Below, one piece after another: positions 21,601 through 29,724 of a DNA stretch of 64,000 nucleotides. A program made the position numbers and the translations under genes. The DNA is from a virus. Numbering within the stretch: the stretch's first letter is position 1; every line of letters starts with the position of its first letter. The notes beneath the pieces were generated by a model that made no database searches, was not told the origin of the DNA, and saw nothing but the letters and a program-made list of their open reading frames with translations. The stretch is taken from the IMG/VR virus record IMGVR_UViG_3300007346_000025, positions 8,793 through 72,792 of that record. One strand, given 5' to 3'.

Positions 21601-23789
21601 TAAAACCATTGTTTCCACTAAGAAATAATGATAAGGTTACTAATTATGTAATTGCATTGCTTCAAACAAAAGCAGGATCTCTAGTTAAAAAATATGGTAC
21701 TGGTCCTGAAGCAACAAGAGCATTTATTTCAGAATATAAAAACTCTATTGTAAACTATGTCTTCCAAAACTATATGTCAAACTTTATTGACGGTAAAGGA
21801 AACATAGTAAATGTTCCTACAGAGTATAAAGAAATGCCTGTAAAAATTAAAAAAGGAATTAAGAATGGAGCTCAAGTAGTTGATAATGTTGTCTATATAG
21901 ATGAAGCTAGAATTTCTAAAGACTATGCTGAAAAATTATTTGCAGCAGAATCTGAAGCAGAAAATAGCTATAGAGCCCGTGGTCTTAGACCATTTAGAGC
22001 AGCAGAAAATGTTTTTCCAACTGAATCTAGCTTCTTTAAATATGTAGTAGAAAGAGAGTATCAAAGATCTATGATACCTTTAGAAAAAGCATTGGAAAAT
22101 AAAACATTTAAATATCTTAGAAATGTACTTAAATCATCTATTAAAGATGTTAAAACATTAAATGAACAAACTTATGAGGCATTTTTAAATCAAAGAGCTA
22201 TGATCTTTGCATTTAATAGAGAAGCTCTTATGAAAACTATTAACTATTCTTATTCAGATCAGTTAATGGCATTAATTAGAGAATTCTCACAACTCAAAGA
22301 TAAGTACCCAATATTAAATCAACTTACTAAACCTGCACTTAAAACAGGTGAAAAAGTAATCTCATTAAATGACTCCAGAATGTTAAAAGATCCACAGCTT
22401 GCTGAGATCTATTATCAGAACATTAAAGATCTTGGGGATCCTACAGTTAAAAAAGTAGCTTTAGAATCAGACAATGAAAGAATAAGTGAGATGTTTGGTA
22501 TACTTCCATTAGTAGCTGTCTACCAACACGGTATTGGTTATAGCAGATTTGGATTTAATGAAGCACTTCCTTATGATAAATTCTTAGAAGTAATGGATTC
22601 TGCATCAAAGATATTCTTAGAAAAACAACTTAATAATGCTACTCTAGGAAATATCTATTTAAAGCTAATGGATCCTAAGAATAAATTATTTAAAGACTTT
22701 GTGGTTTCTCCAAAAGACTTTAATAATCCTACAGAAGAAACATTAGAACCTGAAGTTACAAATGAAGAGGTTGATGTTGAAGAAGAGGTTATTACTACAC
22801 CATCAACTCAATTAGATTCTGAAAATACAATTAATATCTATGCAGGTACAGGAGAGAATGCTGAGTTAAGTAATTTTGCTGTAAGACCTTTTTCTCCAGT
22901 TATTGATGGAGTAGAATTAGGCCAATTTAACACTGTTGAGGGAGCATTTCAAGCAATGAAAATACTTAACTACTCAAGTGATAGACAAGTACAGACTGAT
23001 AAATATAAAGCATTAAAAACAGCTACTGGTGCAAATGCTAAAGCTATAGGTCAAAAGGTTACTGGTTTAGACAAAAAATCTTGGGATAAAAATTCTTCTA
23101 GAATTATGAAAGAATTATTATTACAATCATTCCAACAAAATCCAGACGTTCTTGCTAAACTTCTTGCTACAGGTAATGCTACTCTCACTCATGTAGGTAC
23201 TGAAAAACCTAATAGATGGACTACAGAGTTTCCTAGATTACTAATGGAAGTAAGAGAAGAACTAGGTGGTACTCAACCTACAGAAATAAATCAAAAAATA
23301 AAAGATATTATTGATAAAAGTAATTTAGAAAAAGATGAATATGAAGTAGTATTAGTTAATGGTGTTCAAACTTTTGTTGATTTAAGATTAATGCCAGAAA
23401 GCATTAAAAAAGGATATGGTGTATACTATTCTTTACAGAAAGATGGTTTACTTAAAAGAGCGGGTAAAAAAATAATAGTTCCTGGATATGAAGATATACA
23501 ACTAATATATGATCAACTTGATGGTTCAATAATAGAATTAAGCACAGGATTGTTAATTCCAACACAAGAAAAAACACAAAGTAAAGTTATAAATGAATTA
23601 CAGGATATGTTTGAATTTAGAAATATTAGACTCGTATTAGAAAAATCTGATAAAATAACTGCTAATGAACCTAATACTGTTATCTCAAGTTTGGAAGGTC
23701 TATCTACTCAACCTACTCAAGAAGAATCTAAGAAAAATGCACCGGAAGGTCTACCTCCAATTGACAGATCTATAGACTCTTGTAGTTAA
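12699..23789 (+). CDS. virion-packaged double-psi beta-barrel RNA polymerase (crAss-like, phi14:2 gp66 type) with zincin and NADAR domains
   Basis: 3696 aa. RIPVQGLNSM (about 19938); catalytic GSDFDVD (DFDVD at 20055-20069); DGQG and HKFA motifs; HEAWH zincin motif (15561-15575); NADAR-like domain at about 22830-23265. Confidence 0.9.
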   Translation: MKITCALSQNQIKNLYSNVYGNMLSSLKEDTPFDVNTYMASVFDKISQKSSPENAAKFVQQIPKMVSVAANREDLFDLEIDLNAVRKLVKEFANEDTGIESVMKRFAPKKSSSTKKELTNKKANEAFDPTQTEDKPAETRPLSLKPFSIFNTSYQEFEAIDPKAKEEGYQEVADETKEFIYTALGKIAAANTDLDNAMDTAQYQGKELRLKPIVLASAPVEMLDKYSTRIKNVSTFFRNSNKKNNRVIQATEIILMAISDEQGQLLYFDNEGNIVDTPEQGRVVYQFLRNVIQENGKYVDVNIYGYSNQIASPEEISKATGVPVEEVAKNQQADFKALYDYKKSILDGNIALAPLTGISEGVSPKQSKQIITLANINQFPFGSDSIFKSIKPVKTPRGIFKDGDTTITIEGTEYKIDRPNATDDIINKVADVFSNPNISNKQKYNFYLQFFSKKASPYTRRHNVEYAESTDELIFTYSPTTYAEKYSKFQPIDNLNTPEAKELIVDILKNASGTKGKYFSAKMNYDETNLSKNGFLDYNLETRTVDEEFSNYIELLKTLPRTTIYFSESSDPKKFNAYMNFRIPTEFIKNVEKAKENPALVEPSPTRKQKNILVDYLKGQPKITQNLKLNVSATTKKGMENISNEDSEIKNIDESKFKRLTNTNESENGFSVEDGILRIRVGGLDVFGRTGGATQISLKVPEGFNPNLFAEKLKDISHEGGITTPEAVNQVITDIKNALNPNVTTDISKQGVVNTSAAGNEFGTFNITSPVTGESLVVALDKKFFKEAPLLTVGTPVSLALTTSETEDMYIPDIIEVRNSEGKTIGRVMETDYGKKETPLDNYYRELKKQRSKTIEEKIEESTNTKGTANPKDGLAGKFFLRSGHLQYDATPEQVKKADSWWNTSDLNKYLSFEQGVAIVNSDAFARFIAYGSILNGKLGMIQIANKGSMVDIYHEAWHGFSQLFLTPEEKTRLYKEVQRKLGRNKKLSFFDIEEILAEDFRTYAKNPKALEDSPERNSIFRRILNFLKELLGIGSVTNVTDIKKVRELYNNLYFNENLNQYTPSIDNVMFDLLNRNSGLQTLADENIQALNRQDATTVKNSMDSIISKLTDNLYSERKEDIEQLGQNKSATTKLLEDPRNRNALYSYIFDQLDTRRIELQDQLDNLEDDTKNFLEKQKLENNIRILTAALDNWGNQSNGMIKYHIENSDFNLLREKFVEMTPEQEDAVEDVEDTDTEPTAAEDTERVGDKKIGDRSLLELADKEVVYILKSLFKKDRSGKVILNELGFEELVDFRSTWNNVVRTIGGEQDPIEQYKLLKDAIKIHPEFEQLVNFKLADPNPDSENASNNLYEAKATTAFWQTFSKPRVPLLQSTIFTNGITQITEASIEAVDILRGFENKFKADINNAYIIRRNEDNVPMLALQALVEDFSDKNGNLDDTKYYEFARRLGIYLDDITIIKRALTKNQKAAEEYGLPYIFKTVKKVADLEVNPNATEKQLKFVEDFKKNPIFYLRTQIPAGIISNKEETQKYALKKLAELQSKYGLDTSNFGVLNAEGNTVYELIEKSTASKIAYAINKAEKLSDLWNSSTLKYMSYLNPAINTFTNNSRFLKTIFDFNDPEFTKRSDKELELFLSSGTQQIVNEEFGIKDGNNTTSLDTTSKFLQEMNSMLKAGVQEFIRHASKSSAFGLRVSGDIIGRPGKLDSDPRLWIDIDMFADNTADSYALKTHIVPYIATEANRIYKFKQNRTEFEKYQGYNNETPSGKMAGEVFTAFDNVLRPSTKQAIYSAIDNAILNKEYFDFISFIKTDQTGLADKIRTDVLDYFNELTEENYNILQETNYISPDIINRLKKFNLSKEEQDKLLTRAYTFNSWIHNFETINLMYGDMAQYNHIKEELHKRNTGLTSTGRSFRTDIAAQNLVKGALRKNSYAEKKGFNYVEYDGTLNTAIIQDIERSSVYLPVIEKALIEDYTNKLKETIKDPAKLTEAVEYRVKKDLDAYKKMVEGDGQGWVTFDTYRILKNLENAWSYEQEELFTKITDGEFVSPTEIIQMFPVYKIQNFGHLANTGLPVNAMHKFALAPLIPSMIEGSDLQSLHEQMMANNIQYVTFQSGSKVGSVTSEKDSKGKAAADIIYKDDEMKNLNRDINFTPNTIYVDYLKNVTNVNSSYKEKATFSTQLRKLILGSMYREGKIINPNNEATVKEYEKTVDEYTKLLKFELLNEIGYEEVDGKYIGNLTNFLDLVQRELGRRKLPEHHIEFVGQNLDSTLKTDLSLHLRADDIEKILVSLIEKRFIKQKVKGEALVQVSSAMTNGIWSTPTFKKATAEEIRKYIGTNNLPFYNPSKDGTSAMKVAIALQGDFIKLLRRKDVAVIDTVDGKRTLNKKASLAKLNQLIKDEAWLENNRDLIRMSAVRIPVQGLNSMEFMEVYEFLDPAASNIIITPTEIVAKSGSDFDVDKLITFMPNIDNRGMFIKSGMSEEQFQDFVKRNKNNKDRVKETIKTQKSALENKLITTINNILALPDNYANLVRPNSTYLLKDIADKLQDFVSEYDRFKNKLGQEYVTITDKEDKKVKVISPTRTLETGYNLHKHDVNLTGKKVLGITAIENSLNPILNSLGAAMPKTYKHSYYDNAIKKWVETDTTYNTNLYLPHRKMADGRISLSHTESLDGDSISDVLSQMMNGLVDVEKDAWIFFIQANLEIAPTLLYLIKAGVPKEHAIMFVSNPLVRDYAKNKRLYNSAYSELSGRKLDDKSYAQYQAATDVIISQLPTLIEDQLSNIRDTETIYVRTGRFNPYLQEMEYEDIPMTKLQLIQKVKDKNFAESFINVRKDSKKGGIIFNKPSISNKKYYLDTKFYTQAYINKNKEFDLDLMKRVILDPKSSKYRGAAMAMFMHFIEIEKQIRGLQTLKRLANPDTRTSKTLEEVIRRGVSLEELKELSKVDPELVRKLVEESILGSFFDNKLIGELVKPLFPLRNNDKVTNYVIALLQTKAGSLVKKYGTGPEATRAFISEYKNSIVNYVFQNYMSNFIDGKGNIVNVPTEYKEMPVKIKKGIKNGAQVVDNVVYIDEARISKDYAEKLFAAESEAENSYRARGLRPFRAAENVFPTESSFFKYVVEREYQRSMIPLEKALENKTFKYLRNVLKSSIKDVKTLNEQTYEAFLNQRAMIFAFNREALMKTINYSYSDQLMALIREFSQLKDKYPILNQLTKPALKTGEKVISLNDSRMLKDPQLAEIYYQNIKDLGDPTVKKVALESDNERISEMFGILPLVAVYQHGIGYSRFGFNEALPYDKFLEVMDSASKIFLEKQLNNATLGNIYLKLMDPKNKLFKDFVVSPKDFNNPTEETLEPEVTNEEVDVEEEVITTPSTQLDSENTINIYAGTGENAELSNFAVRPFSPVIDGVELGQFNTVEGAFQAMKILNYSSDRQVQTDKYKALKTATGANAKAIGQKVTGLDKKSWDKNSSRIMKELLLQSFQQNPDVLAKLLATGNATLTHVGTEKPNRWTTEFPRLLMEVREELGGTQPTEINQKIKDIIDKSNLEKDEYEVVLVNGVQTFVDLRLMPESIKKGYGVYYSLQKDGLLKRAGKKIIVPGYEDIQLIYDQLDGSIIELSTGLLIPTQEKTQSKVINELQDMFEFRNIRLVLEKSDKITANEPNTVISSLEGLSTQPTQEESKKNAPEGLPPIDRSIDSCS

Positions 23790-23794
23790 AAATT

Positions 23795-23807
23795 CGTATA
23801 TTTATAT
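23795..23807 (+). promoter_or_regulatory. putative late promoter GTATATTTATATA
   Basis: A similar motif recurs upstream of + strand genes at about 3475, 47966, 61351, 62000 and 63766. Confidence 0.5.
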
Positions 23808-23819
23808 AAATAAGAAACA

Positions 23820-26800
23820 ATGCCTTGTAAGACTCAAATAAAAAACAAACTAACCGATCAAGTATATGATCTCGCACAACCTGGTTTAGGTATGTCTCAA
23901 GCTAATGCTAATGCACTTGCTGCTGATATAAATAGAAGTTTTGGTACACAGGTGGTTAGATTTAATAGTTATGTTACAGATGATCTTCTTGAAATGGATA
24001 TTAATATCCCGCAAAGTTTAATAGATGTTTACTATGATAATGAACTTATATTAGAAGCAAAAGAACTAGAACAAAGCATTGAAGATGCAAGAAGAGCTCA
24101 ACAAGAAGATGCTGCTCGTTCAGGTGTAGAATATACAGATCAGTATTTATTTGATAATTCTTCTGCGGTAGAGGTAGCACTCTCCAGAGAAGGTATTGAA
24201 AGAAGGAGAGATATACAAATAGCAGAAGCACTTGGTGAGAAATATAGTAAAGCATTTAATATTCCTTATCAAATTATTACTGAGGGTCAAGCTATAGAAA
24301 TTTTATCTGAAAGCCCAACACCATATAAAGGTAATATGTCTTCTTTTTTCTATGGGGACATAGTATACTTTGTTGAAGGTAAGTTTAAAGCCGGTAATGT
24401 AGTGCATGAGTATGCACACCCTTTAGTAAAAGGTATTCAGTTTCAGAACCCAAAGTTATTTGATAACTTATTTAATCAACTTAGTTTAAGTGAAACCGGA
24501 AAAAGAGCTTTACAGATTGTAAAAGAAAGATATCCTGAACTTGGAACAGACACGGTAAGATTTAAAGAAGAAGCCATTGTTACTGGAATAGAATTAGATT
24601 CTAATAAAAAACTGGATGAGACTATCAAAGATGATAATTTATTCCAAAGATTCATTACTAATGTAATGGCAGCTATTAAAAAAGTTTTAAGGGCTTTATC
24701 CACTAAAGTAAATCTTAAATCTTTGGATTCTACCACTACTAGAGATGAATTAGTTGATATGCTATTAGATGAAGACTTTGTAATTGAAGATTTAGAATAT
24801 CAATTGTCTTTACTTCCAGAGTTTAAAAAAGAAGCTGAAAGTTTTCTAAATGATCTAGAAAAAGCTAAGAGTAAGGAACTTCTAACTGTAATTGATAGAT
24901 ACTATGATAATGTTAACTTTCAACTTAATAAATTACGTAAGTCTCCTGATCAAGTAAAAAGTTTATTAGAAGGAAAAGTTGGAGAAGATATTTTAAAAAA
25001 TATTGAATCTTTTCTATCCCCATATATTGTAAGAAGTAAAAACTTAACAGCTGAGGAAGTTGAAGAAATTATCAATGCTATTGAAGAGAGTGAAGAAGAT
25101 ACTAGACTTAGAGCAATTGCATTTGTAAACAGTTTAGCTGAATCACAAGTTTATGCTGAAAGAATTAATAATGCCTTAGAAAAATTAGTTAGTACAAAAA
25201 GACACCTAACACCAGAAGGAATTACCCAGGTAATTTACTATAAAGATATGTTGTCTGGACAATTTGCATTTTTTGAAGAAGCTGTAAAACAGTTAAATAT
25301 TCCAAGAGATAGTTCTATTATTCAAAAAATTCTTTCTGTAAAACAAGTTATCAAAGATGATCTAGAAGAAATAAATGAGATAATGTTTGATTTTTCTAAA
25401 GATTTAATGAATGATGCTACTAAAAATATGCAGGAAAATTTAAATGCAGAATTTAAAGATAGGATAACTCAAATACTTAAAGCAGACGGTTTTAAAGAGG
25501 CTGATATAAATAAATTTTTAAACTCTGTTATTGATCTGATTGATATAAATAATAAAAAAGATTTTAAGGAAAGTGAACTTAATGCTTTACTTCCAAAAGC
25601 TTCTCCAAGAATAAGGTATATATTGAGAGCTGTAAAAAAATATGTAACAAAACATATTACACCAGATGTTATTCAAGATTTTCTTACAGGATATACACAA
25701 GATATTGGTCAAATTGGTTCTAGTTTGGTTCCACTTGGTAATATTGATGATGTATTAGGTGCTGTATTTAACTTTATGAAAGATAGAGCTGCAGATACAG
25801 ATGTAGAATCTCAACGTCAGTTAAATCAAATGGCTGATAGTTTATATCCATTCTTAGAAAAAGTAGGTTGGAATCCAAATAAAACTACTCAGCTTGGTGA
25901 CCTTTTATTATTTAAGGATACTGTTAAATTAGAAAGAAATGGTGAGTTAGTTGAAAAAGAAGTATACTCTTTTATTGATAAGTTTAAAAACTATAGAGCT
26001 GATAAAACCCAATTAGAGTATGATCTTAAAAGAGCTAGAGAATTAAAGGATCAAGAACTTATTGATAGAGCAACTGAAGCTTTATGGGATTTTCATGAAA
26101 AATATATGCATAGAACTTTTACTCCTGAAGTGTATAAAGTTTTAAATATGTTTAAACAAGAAAATACTGTTATACATCCAGAAACAGGTGAAGTTTTAAC
26201 GGTATCTAAAGAACTTTCTATGGAAGCATACCGAGAAAGAAAGAAAGCTTTAGAAACTTTAAATACTCAGAATAAAAGAGACTTTACAGAACTTGATGAT
26301 TTGTTTGATTACAATGAAGCTAGTGTAGCTAAAATACAGTATGAAGAACTATATAGTGTTATTGAACCAACAACCGGTGAATACAAACAAGGTGATGAAT
26401 TAAAAAAAGTATTACTTAGAATTAAGTATAGAAATGATTCTAGAAAATTCTATGACTTTGATGTAAACTATGATAGAGTTCAAAGAGATCTAGATAATTT
26501 TATTAATGTAAGACTTGCAGCTAGAGGTATTACTCTTGATGCTACACCAGAAAGATTTCAAGCAGAGTTAGATAGATATCTACGTAAAAATTTTAGAGTT
26601 GCATACACTGAAGAATATTATAAAGAATTAACAGCAATTTTTAATGAAATAGCTAGAATTAATGCTAAAGCTTCTGAATCAGATGTATCTAAAAAACTTG
26701 CTAGTTTATATGATCAAAGAAAAACATATGTAAATATGGTTACTGATAAAGATGGAGAACCTAATGCTCTTAATCTTGACAGAGTTCAAATTGATCAAGT

Positions 26801-29693
26801 TAAACTTATAGAAGATGAAATTGTTTCATTACAAAGTCAATTTGATAAAGCTTCTGGATTAACTAAAGAAGAAGCTGCTAGGTTACAGTTTTATGAAGTA
26901 AGATATATTTCTAAAGGTAAAACTAATGAGTTATCTGATGAACAAAAATTAGAGTACTATAATCTTTCTAACAAATCAAATAAGTTTGGTTTATCTTCAC
27001 AAGAAATGACCAATTTAAGAAACTTATATAGACGTTTATCTGAACTTACTGATTTAATCCCTACTGATTATTATTTTGAAGCTTTTAACACAGCTGTAAA
27101 TGGTGTTGATATAGAGGAAATAAATTTTGAAAATGCTGATCAATGGATTAATTCTGATAATGTAGTATTAGCAAAAGCAGAAAGTGAAAGATTTGCAGAA
27201 TGGTTTGATAGAAATCATTATCAAAAAATGGTATATAATCCAGAAATAAATAGATATGAGAAAAAATATTTTAGAATTAAAGTATGGAGTGTATCAAGAC
27301 CAACTGACCCAAGATATTACAAAAAAACAGAAGTAATTAATCCTGCAACAAAAGAAAAAATAGAAGTATCTGGTGTTCCAGTTTCTAGATACACTATATC
27401 TAAAATTAAAGATAAATATAGAACAGGATATAATCCACAAACTAAAAAAGTTGAACTTAAAGTTGGAGTTCATATTAACAATAAAGGACAGTTTTTACCA
27501 AGAGAGTACAATCCTAGTTTAGAAAATTCAGCATATGATAATAAGTATATGAATGAAAAGTATTATAAATTAAATACTAATAGTTCTACTTATAAATTAC
27601 TTCAAAAAGTTAAAGAAGAATTTCTAAAAATTCAAGAAGGATCAGGAGAATATGAAAAATTATATTTAGATCTTCCAAGATTTAGAAAAAGAACTAATCT
27701 TGAAAGAATTCAATCTGGTGATATACAAAGAAAGGGGGCTGCTTTTAAAGGAACATTGAAAGATGTTAAAGCCTCATTTAAAGCAGCAGAGGATGATCAA
27801 GACAAAGGTTTTAATGCTAATATTGATCCTTCATTTGTTCCTACGGATATGGATGGAAATCCAATATCAAGAATCCCAGTTCGTGGTCTATTTGCATTAG
27901 ATGTTACTGAAACTTCTACAGATGTGTTAAGAGCACTTGGAGAATATATGTATTCAATAAATAAAACTAATGCACTTAAAAAAGATGAACCATTGTATTT
28001 AGCACTAAGAAATGTTTTATCTGATCCTAAAAATGCTGCTAAAAATATTAATCAAGCAAGTTCTACTCTTAGAAACTCTGGGTTAGGTGTAATGAGACTT
28101 CTACCTAAAAGTGAAAACCGTAAACTTAGACTTTTTAATGAAATACTTGAAAGAGAACTTTATGGTCAAGTAACTGATGATTTTCAACAAAATTTTAAAT
28201 GGTTTGCAAAAGCTAGTGGAAAAATAATGGGTTTAGCAAGTTTATCTTTTTATGCTTTAGATGTTCAATCTGCAATGAAAAACAGATTTGGTATGACTGT
28301 GCAGAAAATGATTCTTGCAGCTGGAGGCAGATTTATTAATACTAAATCATTAGCTACTGGTAAAATAAAAGCAGTTAAAGCTATGACAGAACTTACAACT
28401 TCTGGAGTATATGAAAGAGGAGCTAAAAGTTTAAATATGCAAATGATGGATGCATTTGATTTAATACCTGGTAGAGCTCAATCTGATTTTGCACAATCTC
28501 TTACAAGAACTATCTTATCAGATGCTAGTAATGCAACATTTTTATATGATTTTAGAAGATGGGTTGCAAATGAAGCATCATTAGAAGTTGGATATGCAGT
28601 ACTGGATTACCAAATGATAGAACAAAAAATGCCTAATGGTAAGTCTAGAATGATTCCATATTCAGAAGCTTTTGAAATAGGACCTGATAAATTATTAAAA
28701 CTTAAAGATGGCATTAATCCTGAATATGGTATGACTCAAATTAAACATACTTATGTTGATGGAGAAACCTATGAAGATTTGGCTAAGATGTATAACACAA
28801 CTGTAGAAAATCTTAAGGATTACAATAAAGTAGAAAACTTATCTGAGTTAGACCCTGGTACAGAAATAATAATTTCCAATGCTAAAGAATTTAAAAATAT
28901 ACGTAGAAGATTAGCTGGTATAAATAAAAAACTCAATGGATATATTATAAGTATTGATAATCCGTCATTAAGTAGAAACTTACTATATAAACTATTTACT
29001 TATTCACGTAACTATGCTACGGGAATGTTTTTACAAAGATTTCAATTTGATACAGATAAAGATAATTTCTTTGGAGAAGTATATGACTGGGATTTAGATA
29101 CTACATCTAGAGGTTTTTATATTACAGGAACTATTGCAATTATTAATTTAATTAGAGACTTTCAAAAATATAAAGGAATAATGACTGCTGATGAAGTAGC
29201 AGCTGTTAAACAAATGATATTTGAATTTGCATATTTATTCTTACTTGCTGCTGCTATTTATTTTGTATTTGGGTATGATCCTGGTGATGAAGATAGATGG
29301 GAAAAATTAAAAGGAAGAGAAGAAGAATACGGTAAGGCTGGTTGGATGGCTAATCAAATTCTTTATCAATTAATTATGGTAAAAAGAGAAAATGAAACAT
29401 TTATTCCTATACCAGGAGTAGGTTATGATGAATGGACTGAATATGTATCTACATCAACTATTGCTCTAGGACCTACACTTGAAGTTTATGAAGATCTTGC
29501 AGTAGATTTGTATCGTCTCTTAACAAACAGTGAAAAAGCATACTATAAACAAGATGTTGGTCCATATAAATGGCAAGAAAAAGGTTCTGCAAAAATATGG
29601 AATGATATAGGTAGAGTATTTGGTATTAAAGGTAAAAATGTTTCACCAGTATGGGCAATTAAAAAAGCTGAAATGGCTGAAAATCTTAAATAA
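23820..29693 (+). CDS. giant virion ejection protein with zincin, LysM and C-terminal TM segment
   Basis: 1957 aa. HEYAH (24405-24419) with downstream EE; LysM-like HTYVDGETYEDLAKMYNTTVENLKDYN...LDPGTEIII (about 28746-28877); hydrophobic FAYLFLLAAAIYFVFG. Confidence 0.75.
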   Translation: MPCKTQIKNKLTDQVYDLAQPGLGMSQANANALAADINRSFGTQVVRFNSYVTDDLLEMDINIPQSLIDVYYDNELILEAKELEQSIEDARRAQQEDAARSGVEYTDQYLFDNSSAVEVALSREGIERRRDIQIAEALGEKYSKAFNIPYQIITEGQAIEILSESPTPYKGNMSSFFYGDIVYFVEGKFKAGNVVHEYAHPLVKGIQFQNPKLFDNLFNQLSLSETGKRALQIVKERYPELGTDTVRFKEEAIVTGIELDSNKKLDETIKDDNLFQRFITNVMAAIKKVLRALSTKVNLKSLDSTTTRDELVDMLLDEDFVIEDLEYQLSLLPEFKKEAESFLNDLEKAKSKELLTVIDRYYDNVNFQLNKLRKSPDQVKSLLEGKVGEDILKNIESFLSPYIVRSKNLTAEEVEEIINAIEESEEDTRLRAIAFVNSLAESQVYAERINNALEKLVSTKRHLTPEGITQVIYYKDMLSGQFAFFEEAVKQLNIPRDSSIIQKILSVKQVIKDDLEEINEIMFDFSKDLMNDATKNMQENLNAEFKDRITQILKADGFKEADINKFLNSVIDLIDINNKKDFKESELNALLPKASPRIRYILRAVKKYVTKHITPDVIQDFLTGYTQDIGQIGSSLVPLGNIDDVLGAVFNFMKDRAADTDVESQRQLNQMADSLYPFLEKVGWNPNKTTQLGDLLLFKDTVKLERNGELVEKEVYSFIDKFKNYRADKTQLEYDLKRARELKDQELIDRATEALWDFHEKYMHRTFTPEVYKVLNMFKQENTVIHPETGEVLTVSKELSMEAYRERKKALETLNTQNKRDFTELDDLFDYNEASVAKIQYEELYSVIEPTTGEYKQGDELKKVLLRIKYRNDSRKFYDFDVNYDRVQRDLDNFINVRLAARGITLDATPERFQAELDRYLRKNFRVAYTEEYYKELTAIFNEIARINAKASESDVSKKLASLYDQRKTYVNMVTDKDGEPNALNLDRVQIDQVKLIEDEIVSLQSQFDKASGLTKEEAARLQFYEVRYISKGKTNELSDEQKLEYYNLSNKSNKFGLSSQEMTNLRNLYRRLSELTDLIPTDYYFEAFNTAVNGVDIEEINFENADQWINSDNVVLAKAESERFAEWFDRNHYQKMVYNPEINRYEKKYFRIKVWSVSRPTDPRYYKKTEVINPATKEKIEVSGVPVSRYTISKIKDKYRTGYNPQTKKVELKVGVHINNKGQFLPREYNPSLENSAYDNKYMNEKYYKLNTNSSTYKLLQKVKEEFLKIQEGSGEYEKLYLDLPRFRKRTNLERIQSGDIQRKGAAFKGTLKDVKASFKAAEDDQDKGFNANIDPSFVPTDMDGNPISRIPVRGLFALDVTETSTDVLRALGEYMYSINKTNALKKDEPLYLALRNVLSDPKNAAKNINQASSTLRNSGLGVMRLLPKSENRKLRLFNEILERELYGQVTDDFQQNFKWFAKASGKIMGLASLSFYALDVQSAMKNRFGMTVQKMILAAGGRFINTKSLATGKIKAVKAMTELTTSGVYERGAKSLNMQMMDAFDLIPGRAQSDFAQSLTRTILSDASNATFLYDFRRWVANEASLEVGYAVLDYQMIEQKMPNGKSRMIPYSEAFEIGPDKLLKLKDGINPEYGMTQIKHTYVDGETYEDLAKMYNTTVENLKDYNKVENLSELDPGTEIIISNAKEFKNIRRRLAGINKKLNGYIISIDNPSLSRNLLYKLFTYSRNYATGMFLQRFQFDTDKDNFFGEVYDWDLDTTSRGFYITGTIAIINLIRDFQKYKGIMTADEVAAVKQMIFEFAYLFLLAAAIYFVFGYDPGDEDRWEKLKGREEEYGKAGWMANQILYQLIMVKRENETFIPIPGVGYDEWTEYVSTSTIALGPTLEVYEDLAVDLYRLLTNSEKAYYKQDVGPYKWQEKGSAKIWNDIGRVFGIKGKNVSPVWAIKKAEMAENLK

Positions 29694-29724
29694 AAAAAGG
29701 GGGTCATTAACCCCCTTTTCTTTT
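29692..29724. terminator. bidirectional intrinsic terminator at the convergence of the two gene blocks
   Basis: A-tract, GGGGGT-CATTA-ACCCCC hairpin, T-tract, between convergent genes. Confidence 0.85.

Noticed and set aside
23787-23822. Readthrough fusion of the vRNAP with the next giant ORF (same frame)
   Set aside because: The stop is TAA and a second in-frame TAA lies in the 30-nt spacer, which also holds a promoter-like motif.
525-24736. Many short - strand ORFs antisense to the giant + strand genes
   Set aside because: Fully nested shadow ORFs with Ser/Leu/Ile-biased composition and no motifs.
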